Positions 13,798 to 25,100 of a DNA stretch of 64,000 bases are shown here, one piece after another. The translations under genes and the position numbers were made by a program. Source of the DNA: Guillardia theta CCMP2712 (Eukaryota > Protista > Cryptophyta); assembly GCF_000315625.1 (NCBI RefSeq), contig NW_005434510.1, forward strand, positions 45,782 through 109,781. Reading direction: 5' to 3'. The notes under the pieces were generated by a model, which made no database searches, had not been told where the DNA came from, and saw only the letters and a program-made list of their open reading frames with translations. Each line of letters begins with the position of its first letter. Position 1 is the stretch's first letter.

Positions 13798-15600
13798 ATG
13801 TTCACAGCAAGGCTCTTGTTTTCCTGCCTTGTTCTCCTTATCAGCAACACACGGGAACCGCATGCTTTCTCTCTTGGCACCCTCAGAGAACCAGGAGGGA
13901 GCTCCAAGGTCTACTTTGCTGCTCTACGAGGAGGGAGAGGGCAAGACGAGTCAGCATCGTCTCCCTCCTCCTCTGATTCCGCTGGTGAAGAAATGAACAC
14001 CGGTAAGCACATGGCCCGGACGACAAGGCGGCAAACCACCAAGAAGCAGGTGAACATCGTGAGCTGGGACGCTGTGCAGGACAGGGAGAAGAGGAGAGCC
14101 AAGGAGCCGCAGGCAGACGTTCGTGTCCTCCTGAAGAACCAGAGCGCGACGTTGGGCATCACCCCGTCTCAGCTGGAAGTGCTTCCTAAGAGTGCCTTGA
14201 TCAAGCACGCGAGGGAGAGAGGAATCGTTGTGTCGGGGGAGAGCTTGTCGAACAGCAACGTGCGGGCAGCGCTGCGGCCATACCTTCCCTCGGGCAAGGA
14301 GCTCAAGGAGCTGCTGAGAAAGGTCAAGGACAAGAAGAAGATAGTGGGAGACGACGCGAAGAAGACGAGGAAGTCCAAGTATCAGTCCTCCAAGTGGGAG
14401 AGGGTCAATGGAGAGCTGGTTGAGGTGAGCGTCTACGGGCCCGGGGGACCGACAGACTCGGACTTTGTGCAGCTAGCGAAGCAGCACGTGGACGAGAAAT
14501 TCAGCGAGGAGGAGCTGACCCGGAAGAAGAGAGCAGAGCTGGTCCACGAGTGGGCGGAAAGGTTCAGCGGGGAATACTTCAGGATGGTCTACTCCGGAGA
14601 GATTAGTCCGACAGGGCAGCCGAGGGATACGTGGGAGAACGGAACGGCTCCAGAGTGTCTGGATGTGTGGGGTGCGGCGGCGGATCCGACGGGGATTATG
14701 GTCGAGTTGAACGATGAGGAGGAGGCGAAGGATGAGGAGCAAGTCGAGTACAACGCAGTCAACAACCTTGTGAAGGCGACGGGGGAGAGGCCTGCTGTAC
14801 TCCCAGCAGAGAAGGAGGGTTACGAACGCTGGGCTGCCCTGGAGGACAAGGACTTCTCGGTGTACAACACCAAGGAGCTGAACGAGCGGCTGCTGCTGGC
14901 AGCGAAGGAGGCCGATGTCGTGGCGGTGAATGTGCTAGTGCAGGCAGGGGCAAGAGTTAATTGCCGGGGAAAGGAAGGAGGAGGAATGCCTCCCCTCGCC
15001 ATCGCCGTCGTTAGCGGCAACTTGCCCGTCGCGAGGCGCCTGCTGCAGCTCGGGGCCAACGTCTCCACCAGAGTCGAGCTGAGAAGTTCCCTCCTGCACC
15101 TGGCCTCGGGGATGGGGAAACCGGACATGGCAGAGCTGCTTGTCAGCTACGGGGCAGAGCTTGAGGCCATCAACTATGGGGGCTGGACGCCTGCCCACTG
15201 CGCAGCCCTCCTTGGTCACTTCCGCTACGTCAAGCAGCTTGCCCAGCTCGGTGCCAACTTGAGTGCGGTGTCTGTGTATTCTAGGGAAACGCCAGCGCAG
15301 CTGGCAAGGAAGGCAGGGCTGGAGCGAACAGCAGAGGCAATAGAGCTGCTGGAGAGGCTGCTGGAGGAAGGAGTCATTCCGAGGCAGAAGGTAACGAAGC
15401 TGCGCCCGAGCTCGCCGCAGCCCATGGAGTCGTCGGAGGACGAGGACGAGCAACTTTCCCTGGGTATCTCGGACGAGACGTACCTGCAGGCTATGCCTAA
15501 GAAGGAGCTCGTCAACCGGGAGGAGGGAGAGAGAGTGTTACAGGAACTTGAGGAGACGCTAGATCAGGCGCTCATGTCCCCTCAACTCGCATTGCAGTGA
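13798..15600 (+). CDS. ankyrin-repeat protein with N-terminal signal peptide (single exon)
   Basis: Hydrophobic N-terminus MFTARLLFSCLVLLISN. About 4-5 ankyrin repeats (GMPPLAIAVVSGNLPVARRLLQLGANV, SLLHLASGMGKPDMAELLVSYGAEL, GWTPAHCAALLGH). Confidence 0.85.
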   Translation: MFTARLLFSCLVLLISNTREPHAFSLGTLREPGGSSKVYFAALRGGRGQDESASSPSSSDSAGEEMNTGKHMARTTRRQTTKKQVNIVSWDAVQDREKRRAKEPQADVRVLLKNQSATLGITPSQLEVLPKSALIKHARERGIVVSGESLSNSNVRAALRPYLPSGKELKELLRKVKDKKKIVGDDAKKTRKSKYQSSKWERVNGELVEVSVYGPGGPTDSDFVQLAKQHVDEKFSEEELTRKKRAELVHEWAERFSGEYFRMVYSGEISPTGQPRDTWENGTAPECLDVWGAAADPTGIMVELNDEEEAKDEEQVEYNAVNNLVKATGERPAVLPAEKEGYERWAALEDKDFSVYNTKELNERLLLAAKEADVVAVNVLVQAGARVNCRGKEGGGMPPLAIAVVSGNLPVARRLLQLGANVSTRVELRSSLLHLASGMGKPDMAELLVSYGAELEAINYGGWTPAHCAALLGHFRYVKQLAQLGANLSAVSVYSRETPAQLARKAGLERTAEAIELLERLLEEGVIPRQKVTKLRPSSPQPMESSEDEDEQLSLGISDETYLQAMPKKELVNREEGERVLQELEETLDQALMSPQLALQ

Positions 15601-15694
15601 CCCGACGACTCCTCTCCTCTCCTCCTCCACCTGAAGGAAGAGAGGAGAGGTGAATGCTGCGTGCTGGTCACGAAGGACAAGGACGGCCAAGGGT

Positions 15695-15726
<32 letters not shown>

Positions 15727-15952
15727 TCGCTGCTCACGTTGTACGGCTACGCAGCTGAACCGAGTGACAAGCTTTCAGAATGGGTTGAGACTGTGAGGGT
15801 TGGGTGTCGGGTAGGCAAGGAGGAGGAGGAGGAGGGGGAGGAGGAGGAGGAGGAGGAGGAGGAGACTTGTTGCCCTAATACCATCGTCTTGGACTTCGTC
15901 TCACTTCGAGTGTATGTGCTTGGAGGACAGGAAATGACGACTTGAGCTTCCC

Positions 15953-18900
15953 TCATTCATTCTTCCCCTTCCTTATCATCCCTCTCACCTTGCTCAAGAA
16001 CGCTCCCTCTCTCGCCCGAACGACGAGGCCGCAAAGGATCAGCAAAACAACTCCGACAAGAATGTGCACGAGGAGGAGATGCGGGCGTATTGCTCCACGT
16101 CCTGCTCCATAGTTAGTCCAACATCCATATCATCATCATCTTCATCACAATCATCTCCATCGCCTCCATCACCTCCTCCTCCTCCTCCTCCACCTCCACC
16201 ACCACAATCATCTCTTTTTCCATCTCCGTCATCCACAACAATGGCAGCACCAAGCAGTAGCGATTCTGAGAGCAGGGCGATGGCCCCGCAGCAGACGAAC
16301 GTAAGAGAGGAGGAGAACCCTGGCAGGAGCATCCTCCCGGAAAATTTAATCTGCTCTACAGTCAGTGAATCAATTCCTTGCCTTCCTTTCCTCCCTTGCT
16401 CCTGCCTCCCCTCATTCCTCATCCTCCCCTCCTTCCTGCTCCTCCTCCCTCTGTCACCTTCCCTGACGAGGATTCGAAAAATGAATGAGCATGAGCGATG
16501 CTCAGGGCAATCCTCATCGTCTGTCTTATCGTCAGGGTAGAACCAGGGATGGAAGTAGAGGTGAGAGGGAGAGCAGCACAAGAAGGAGAGGAGGGGCGGG
16601 AGGAAGAGGAGGAGTACGTCGACGTGGAGAGAGCAGGAAGAGAAGAAACGGACAACTGAGGGGGAAAAGGAGGAAGGACGAGTGGAGGAGGGTGTAGGAG
16701 TGGGGAGCAGCAGGAGCGCGAGGCGCACGGGGGGGGGAGCTACCATGTTGACACAGTTGCCGATGATCAGAGCTTTCACTCCTGCGCTCCCTCAGACGCT
16801 GACCGGCAAGGCACATGCTCGACCTAGAGTCGGAGCAAGCAGAGAGGCGAGGAGGAGGTACCCTCCTGTGACGGGGACGAGACGGAGCCCCCGTGCTCGG
16901 ATCTAGGGGTAGCAAGTGATGCGGGAAAGAGCGTGAGGAGGTGGAAGGAGAGAGGGAAGGGCACGAGAACGGCAGGGAAAGTGTTGACAGTGGAGCAGGA
17001 GAAGCAAAACAACAGTGAGAAGGAGGAGGGTGGCTGGTGGAAGTGGCGAAAGTCATTGAGGGCGTAGACGAGGAGCAGGAGGAGCAGGAGGAGCAGGAGG
17101 AGCAGGAGGAGCAGGAGGAGCAGGAGGAGCAGGAGGCAGCAGGTGCAGGAGCAGCAGGTGCAGGAGGAGCGGGAGGAGCGAACCTGCGCGGGAGTTGCAC
17201 TTGCATGCGTGAAAGCCTCAGTAACGCCATTGAGCGCAAGCAACATGACGTAAAGGCTACGGGAGAGGAGGTGAGACCGGTCCCCTCCGCAGCTCCTACC
17301 CACCTGTACCACCCCAGGATGCCGGGCATGTCCGTACTGCTCCATTTGACTCCGTAGAGGATGTGGACCAGCCTGCTGGGCAGTGAGCTGGAGTCTTCCT
17401 GAGGAAGGGACGCCAGACGCAAAGGAGTAGCCCTGGCCGAAGGAAGCGACGAGCAGTCCAATGAAAACAACGAGCTGGGAGAGGACGGAGAAAACCTGAG
17501 GGGAAGGAGTCACAAGGGTTCTAACTGCCAATTGCTCCTCCCGCCATCCTCCTGCCTCTGTTCCTCCTCTCAGCCTTCCTCTTCCTCCTCCTCATCCTCT
17601 TCCTCTTCCTCCTCCTCTTCCTCTGTCCCTCCTCTCAGCCTTCCTCCCTCCTCCCTCCTCCTCCTCCTCCTCCTCCTCCTCCTCCTCCTCTTCCTCCCTT
17701 CTCCCTCCTGATCTCCTTGCGATTCCTCCCTCACATTCCTCGTGTTTCCCTCGTTCTCTCCATCCTCACCTCAAGCGCCTCATCGAAGTCCTTCGAGCTC
17801 AGCAGCTTGCTGAATGCGAGCTGGGCGAGAAAGTCAAGGGAGAACAGAAGCATGACGTGATCGAAGAGGGGAGGAAGACGAGGCAGAGGACGAGAACAGG
17901 AATATGGAGGTCAAAGGGAATGACTGGGAGGAAGAAGGGGGGGAGGAGAAGCAGCAGCAGGAGCAGCAGGAGGAGCAGGAGCAGGAGGAGCAGGAGCAGG
18001 AGGAGCAGGAGGGGATGAATGAGCAGCAGCAGCAGCAGCAGTAGCAGCAGCACCTGTGCCATCTCCTCAAGGGGGAGGAAGACAAGCCTCACAGCGAGCG
18101 ACCCCAAGTTCTTCCTCGTCCTGTCAGTGACTTCCTGCAGATCTCAGCTGCTCACCTGCACGATGCCGTACATGGCCCACGTCTGAGACTCGAAGAGCCC
18201 TAGCAGGATCTGAGGACAGAGTTCTCAGGAGGAGGACGAGGTTCTAGGAGGACGAGGGGGAAGAGGAAGGGGAAGGGGTCTCGACAAGTAAGGGATCGCT
18301 GTAGCAAGGGAGCGGAGCGCTAGGAGGAATGGGGGAGGGGGGATGCGCAGGGAGGAGGGAAGAGCTACCAACGTCTCCCCCTTCTCCATGAGGTACTTCT
18401 GGAGCGATTTCATGCACATGGTCGCCGCAAGGCCAGCAAGCTGCAAGTCCAACTGACTGAAGGAGCTGAAGAACAAGGATCCACTGACGACCCCGACGGT
18501 CTCCGACAGCCCGACCCCCTCCCGGCTCATTGCAAAGAAGGCGAAGAGGCAGCCGAAGATGCTGAGAGCATACGAGATCTGCCCGGCCGCGAACGCCCGC
18601 AGGGGACGAGCTGGGTCTGCCATGACCATGGCGGCGGTCAACACGACCTTGACCGTCAGAGCAAGCATCTCGGTGCGAGCACGCAGCTTGATGAGGAAGA
18701 GATTCTGCGCGAGGATGTAGAGAGGCTCGCTGAGCATCTCGAAAGCAGCGGCCAAGACGAACATGCTGGCGATGAGGTGGTAGCTTTCGTGCTCGCTCCT
18801 CTGACTCGCGTCCAGGACGTTGGACGCGAACAGGACGGCTGCTCCGACGAGGAGAGAGAGAGGAATCGCAAGCCATGCCACGGAGAGGATTTGAGCTCGC

Positions 18901-19472
18901 TCCTTGCTGTCCTTCCACGCTGAGGGAGAGGTCCTGCATGTAGAGTGATCACCTTCGAGGGGAGAGGAGGAGGAGGAGGAGGAAGAGGAAGAGGAGGAGG
19001 AAGAGGAGGGAGCATATGAGGACATGACAAGGGAGGAGAGGGAGGAGAGAGACAGAGTCAGGGGAGGAGCAGCGGAGAAGGAAGAGGAGGAAGACAAGGG
19101 AATCAGAATGAGCGGGAAGAAACCTCTGGCAAGCATCACGAAAACCTTCCCTGGACAGGGAGAGGACTGTATCATAAAGAAGCTGAAGCTTCACAGCTCC
19201 GATCCCATACGAGCTCCTGCACAGCACAACGGCCATCATGTGGCAGGCGAGACGATCAAGTGGGCCGCTTACTTGTCCACAGATCTCGCGATAACGATGT
19301 TCAGCCCGAAGGTGAGGAACCTTGAGGGGGTCAAGTGTCAGCGAGGGAAGGGCGGCAAGTCCATGCTGGAGGACCTGGAGAAGAGCTGGAGGGTGAAGAG
19401 GGAAAGAAGCCCGGAGGAAAGAGACCCAATGACTGCATCCAGCACATCACTTGGTTGGGACCCGCACTTCAT
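15953..19472 (-). CDS. RFT1: RFT1 (Man5GlcNAc2-PP-dolichol translocation protein), multi-exon
   Basis: Exons encode LQLFSR-FLTFGLN, LQLLYDTVLSLSREGFRDAC, FEMLSEPLYILAQN, QKYLMEKGE, NLGSLAVRLVFLPLEE, YVMLLALNGVTEAF, LIIGNCVNM and VHILVG, all RFT1-like motifs. Additional in-frame ATGs lie upstream, to 19586. Confidence 0.9.
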
Positions 19473-19554
19473 TCCTCCTACACACTTCATTCCTCTTACA
19501 CACTTCATTCCTCTTACAGACTTCATTCCTCTTACAGACTTCATTCCTCTTACA
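19465..19554. repeat. 18-bp tandem repeat x5 overlapping the RFT1 start region
   Basis: (C/G)ACTTCATTCCTCTTACA units at 19465, 19483, 19501, 19519 and 19537. Confidence 0.95.
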
Positions 19555-20139
19555 GACTTTTGCTGCACACGATCTTCAAATCTCACATCCTACGGTATCG
19601 AATCCTTAGAAGAGCTCTGATACATTTCAACTACTTCCGTTCTTTCTCGCTGCCACAAGCTTTCTTCGATCTTCCTCAGCCTGGCTAGTGCTGCACAAGG
19701 GGCAAGCTTCCGTGAATTTTGCACATGGCTTCAAAATGAGACCTTTTGTTGATTTTGATGTGTTTTGATCCTGACCTCGATGTATCTGGATCCCATCCTA
19801 GTGTGTGGTATTCATCGCAGCTTCTTGTTCGGATCTCTATCAGGCTCCTTCCTCTCTCCCCACTTCTTCTCTTCCTGGCAATTTTCTCTCTCCTCCTCTC
19901 CTCTCCTCTCCCCTCCCCTCCCCTCCCCTCCCCTCCCCTCCCCTCCTGTCTCACTTCAGGGCCGCCCTACCATTGTTTCGTCCTTGGCTTCCTCCGGACA
20001 TGGCATACCCGGTTGTCCATCCAATCCCATGATAGTAACTGCTGTCTCACTTTGTTGGATATGTAACTTTCTGAGGTGAGCTCGTATTTACTAGGCCAAA
20101 ACAAGGGATGCGTGGGGATGTGGGTAAACTGTGGCGGCC

Positions 20140-21488
20140 ATGATAAAGGAGGCGTCAGGGGGCGGAACTCGGAGAGGGATGGTGACGAAGGTGCTTGTGC
20201 TTGCTGTCATGCTGATGGAGGAGTTGAGAGGATGCGGAGCGACTGTGTCGACTGCATTCTGCCCTGTCAGGAGCCTGAGAGGATCCTTTGCTAGGCAAGT
20301 ACAGCTTACCTGCCATAGATGGCCCCGCAAAGAATTTTGGTTGATGCAGAAGGGGTTCGGGCAGGGGAAGGCTGGAGGCAAAGGAGTCGGGGGAGAAAGG
20401 AAGAAGAGGACCATAAAGGTTGTGGAACCCGGTGATGTTGAGAAGTCACAGGATCATAGGAGGCTGGTGGCAAATGCCGTCGCGAGGGTGGGTCCGGACA
20501 TGATTCAGTCGCTTGATAGCAAGGGATACTTCATGGCAGACGGATTCCTAGGGGAAGATGCTGGGATGGAGATGAGAAATGAGGCTCAAGAGCTGTACAA
20601 GTCAAAGAAGATGACAGTTGGACAATCTACCAGATGGAATGAGAAGCAGAACAGAACAGAGCAGTACGAGAAGTTCAACGTGTACACCATGCAGATAGAA
20701 GGCGGCAGCATGTACTTCGATGCTCCACGGTTGACCGAGTACATCGTTGAAGCTACCTCCAAGATCGCTGGTGCGATAAACAATCACCGTGGGAAATCAG
20801 TGCTGCTGGAAACACACCAGACCAACAAGCTAGCGGTGTGCGTGGGGAACGGATCGTCGTATGCGAAGCACTATGACAACCAGGTTACAACCGCATGCAA
20901 CCAAACGTCTTCTCCTCTCAGCAATCGACCATCTGATACCTGCATGCTTAGGGAGGTGCCGACAGGAGGAAGCTGACTGTCCTCTACTACATGAACCCAA
21001 GGTCTCGTTTTCTCCCTGTTGACCCGCACCTACCTCCTCAAGCCTCTACGGGCGATTGACATCTTCCTCCAGTTGGTCCGAGTCGCACGGTGGGTGTTTT
21101 CGTATCTTCGATCCCTACAACAAGGACTCGTTCACTGATGTCGCTCCCAAGTTCGACCGTGAGTCCTTGCCCCGACTCGAGCTGTTCTTTCAGCTGAGAC
21201 CCAGGAGACAGGCCTGCTGTGCTTCTGGTCAGACAAGCTGATCCACTCGGTCGAGCCTTCCTTTGCCGAGAGCGTGAGTATCGGAACTTGTCAGATTGCC
21301 AAAGAGGCTGATCAAGCTCCAGGAGGAGCAGTTCCGATACGCGCTGACGGTCTGGCTGTATGCCAACCAAGACACACAGATCGAGCATGACCCTGTGAGT
21401 CACTGTACAGGGACAGCCAAGTGAAGTCCGAGCTGATGACTCTTCACTCACGCAGGAAGCAGAGAAAGCGCATTTTCTTGAGGCCTGA
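20140..21488 (+). CDS. 2OG-Fe(II) dioxygenase (EGLN/prolyl-hydroxylase-like), probably plastid-targeted
   Basis: Spliced YAKHYDNQ-GGADRRKLTVLYYMNP-SW...GGCFRIF...VAPKFDR...FWSDKLIHSVEP...RYALTVW gives the HxD...H triad and the 2OG-binding Arg. N-terminal hydrophobic stretch followed by STA-F. Confidence 0.85.
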
Positions 21489-22155
21489 GCCATGGACACG
21501 GACGTGCTTTCTGACTTGAGCCTGGTCAGTCTGGCGCTTTCACAGTACGGTGCCAGTAGCACTCGGGGGGCTCCCGGGGGCTTCAGCAGTAGAGACTTCC
21601 AAGGCAAGCAGATCATTGTGGCGGCCGGGCATGCCTCGACGTATACACCGGGGACGACCGACCGGTGCCACTGGGCACTGGCGGCTGAGTCTGGGCCACG
21701 GAGTCCCACCGTCCGGCCAAGTTAAACTCTGTGTTGTTGTTCAACCGCCCGGTGAGTCGGGCCCCAGGGTGTACGGCGGTACCGAACGGTAGACCGGGTG
21801 GGAGCCTCCGGCCCGCCGTACTCGGAGCAGACTGACCGGGTCACAGAGTCACTGGTGGTATCCGGCAAATCAAACACAAGCAAAATTTTACTCATAATGA
21901 ATATAAACCATGCTTCCCTCAGAACTATGAATAAGGCACTACAAGAGGCATCACATTATATCTACCTCGTGTATTACCTGAGGTGTTGCGAGGCAGCTGG
22001 CCGGGAACAAACCTGCAGCAAAGTCGACACCTCACCCTCCATGAATCATGTGATGATACCACCCCCATTGATAACCTTCACTACCCCATATAATGAGACC
22101 AAAGCTACCACCCCCACCCCCATATCGTTTCTTACCTCCACTCGCAGCGGCGGGG

Positions 22156-25100
22156 ATGCTGATGCAATGTCAAGTGTGCCAGGTAAGGCCATGGGCAGGC
22201 GACAGGAGCAATGCTCCTCCTGTCCTCACAAGATCATGCAGATGAAGCTCGAGCATGGCTCTAGCAAAACTTCGAGATGCGTGAGATGGCATCCTCCCTT
22301 GTGCATAGGAGATCTGACTGAGTTGTTTTGTGGTCACTCTCACTGATTGGAAATTCGGCTCAAAAAGGCGGTGAATCCTCTCGAGCGAGCAGCTCACTGA
22401 CAACAAACGCTAGACTGACATGTTCTGCTGTCTTTGTTGATATCGCAATGGTTTGATGGGCTTGTGACATGGAATATCAGCGGGTAAGCTTTTTCTTGAG
22501 AGGGGAGAAGGCTATGTAGAAAAAGAACTGACAAAAAGCATCCCTCTTCCTCTCCCTCTTCCTCTCTCTCCCGTCCTCCATCCCTCCCTCCGCGATTTGA
22601 ACTACGTTTGTCACCGTACGGCACGAATGATGCGACGCGGGCTGATAGCGTGTACGTATCCTCTACTGCCAAGAAGGAATGTGTGCAACTGACGTAAGCT
22701 TTTGTCGATTATTGCTTCGTTTGCGCTTGAATCGTATCGATGTGTGCGTACTTCGACGGCATCTGGAATACGGGAGAATAGATTGTGAGTATTTTTGAAA
22801 GAGAGTTTGAGGGTGGAGGAGAGGAGGGAAGGTGGGGACTGATGGAAGTTTGTTCTATTCGTTCTTGTTCGCTCGTCTGCGTATGCCTGCACCTGGACTG
22901 AACAATTTTACGCGTGTGGGAGACAGTATGTAAGTACTTGAAAGTTACACGAGGAGAGGAACTGACAGGATCTTGAACATAGTACGTACGTACCTTCTAT
23001 TTCGAGGAAGGCGGAAGAATTTCAGGAGAAGGCTGACTGATTATGGTTTTTGGAATTTTCTGTGCATGAATGCAAAATCTGCTCTTGTGCTCTTGTGCGG
23101 GCTTGGACGGGATGATGATCATGTTGGGAACGACAGCGGGTGAGTGTTGCTTTCCTTCAGCAATGCAGAGTCAATGGTCAATGTTTTGGAAATGGGGTCT
23201 GACGGAGCTTTTTGTTCCTTTCTATGTGAATGTTGGCAAACAATATTGCTGGTGATGTGGACGGAACTACTGTCGGGACGCGGGACCGCAGCGGGTGAGC
23301 CGTGTTTAGGAGGGGCGTGGGAGAGGGAGGAGGCGGGGGAAGGTAGGAACTGACACTGCTTCCGTGCCTTTCCCTGTTTGGTGCCGCTCTTGAATATGCG
23401 TGTGTATTCGACGTCGGATTACGGGACTTTGAGTATAGGAGGTGAGTAGCTTCCATCTGGGAGAGCGGTGGAGTGTGAGAGAAAGCGGGGGAACTGATGA
23501 AAGCTTGCTTTTCTTTGGTGCACTTGAATGTTGCTTGGCGGTTGTACCTCGACGGGTTTTTGGCGGACACGCGGGGATTCAGCATGTAAGATTTTACTCT
23601 TGGAGGGTGACAGAGATAGTTGAGGGAAAGAGATGCGACATGGGTCTGACCAATCTGTTGCTTGGCTTTTCCCGACGCGTTCTCCACATTCGTGTTCTTG
23701 TGTTGACTACAATTGGACGGGAAAGATTGTACGTATCTTCTTTCTTGAGAGATGAGCGAAGGGAGGAGACTGACAGGATTTTATTCACGATGTTACAAAC
23801 TTGGGGGGACATGCTGGACATTAGCGGGTGAGGTTTGTCTTGTTCAAGAGGAGAGACTTGGGAGAAAAGCAGTATGAAGGGGACTGACGGAAATGTTTCA
23901 CTACGCCGTCGATGTACTTCGCGCGGGACGATGGACGGAATGGGGGATATATGAGGATAGCTTGTGCGTAACTTTGCTAGTGGAGGGAGGAGAAGGGAGA
24001 TTGAAGTAAGAACTGACGAAATTTTCCACATGGCTTGTTCTCCTCGTTGGCGTGTTTTGCGGTGCTTGGATGGGACGACGTCCTGGACGCGGGGAGACAG
24101 GTCGTATGTACCTTCCGTTTGAGGGTGATGAAACTGACTGAAGTTTCCTTTTTCTACGTGAATCAATGTGGTTTCACATTTGCTGCTGCGACGGGGACGG
24201 CGATCGGGTTGGGGAATGCGGGAGGGCAGATTATTGTGAGTATTCGCTTTGTCTGAAATCTAGTTAGATTTTATCTATCACGAACACCAGGGTTGCCCAA
24301 GCAGATGCTCTCAAGTACAACTATCCCTAAGCTATCGTGCAGACCATTAGCAGCAGAGACATCTCTCTTTTCTTTGTATGACCAAAGGCAGGCAGGGAGG
24401 GAGGGAGGGAGGCAGCGAGTCACACATAGGCAACGACAGAGAAAGAGAGAAGGAAAGTGAGATGAGATGTAAGGGCGAGAGATAGGAAAGATACTGACAT
24501 GAGGAGGCTGACGGAAGCTTGGTTTTCTTTGACATATACTTGTACTTGGTGTTCGTCGAACGCGGGAAACTGGTTGACAGTCGGTACGCATTTTCTCTTT
24601 TCTGAGGCACATGGAAAGCATAGGGGCTGACGGACGTTTGCTGCTATTTCCTGGTGTGCACTGCGTGCTGGGGGGATGGATTGGACTGTGGACATGGGGA
24701 AATGAATAGCCGGTAGGAATATTCTGTACTTACATTGGGGAGCTTGTCTTTCTTCACTGAGCCGCTCACTTGAACTTGTATATGATTTGACTGATGACGA
24801 TCGTGGTGGCGACGCTGGAGGACAGGGAGTGAGTAATTTCAGAGGGTGGTGCTTTGAGGGAGGAATGAGACTGACTGAATATTGTTCTTTTCATGTGAAA
24901 ACTTCCTAAAATGCAATGCTGCTTGTGGCTTGATGATTCGAATTTGAGAACAGAAGGTGAGCTTCTTTTTCTTCAGCGGGGAGGACGGAGAACACGTAAG
25001 GGAGGGTAGGGGACTGACAGAGCCTTCTTTTTCATTTCTGGACGCAAACTTTGCTCTTTGTGACGTAATCATGCCACAATCGGGTTGCGAGGGGACAGAT

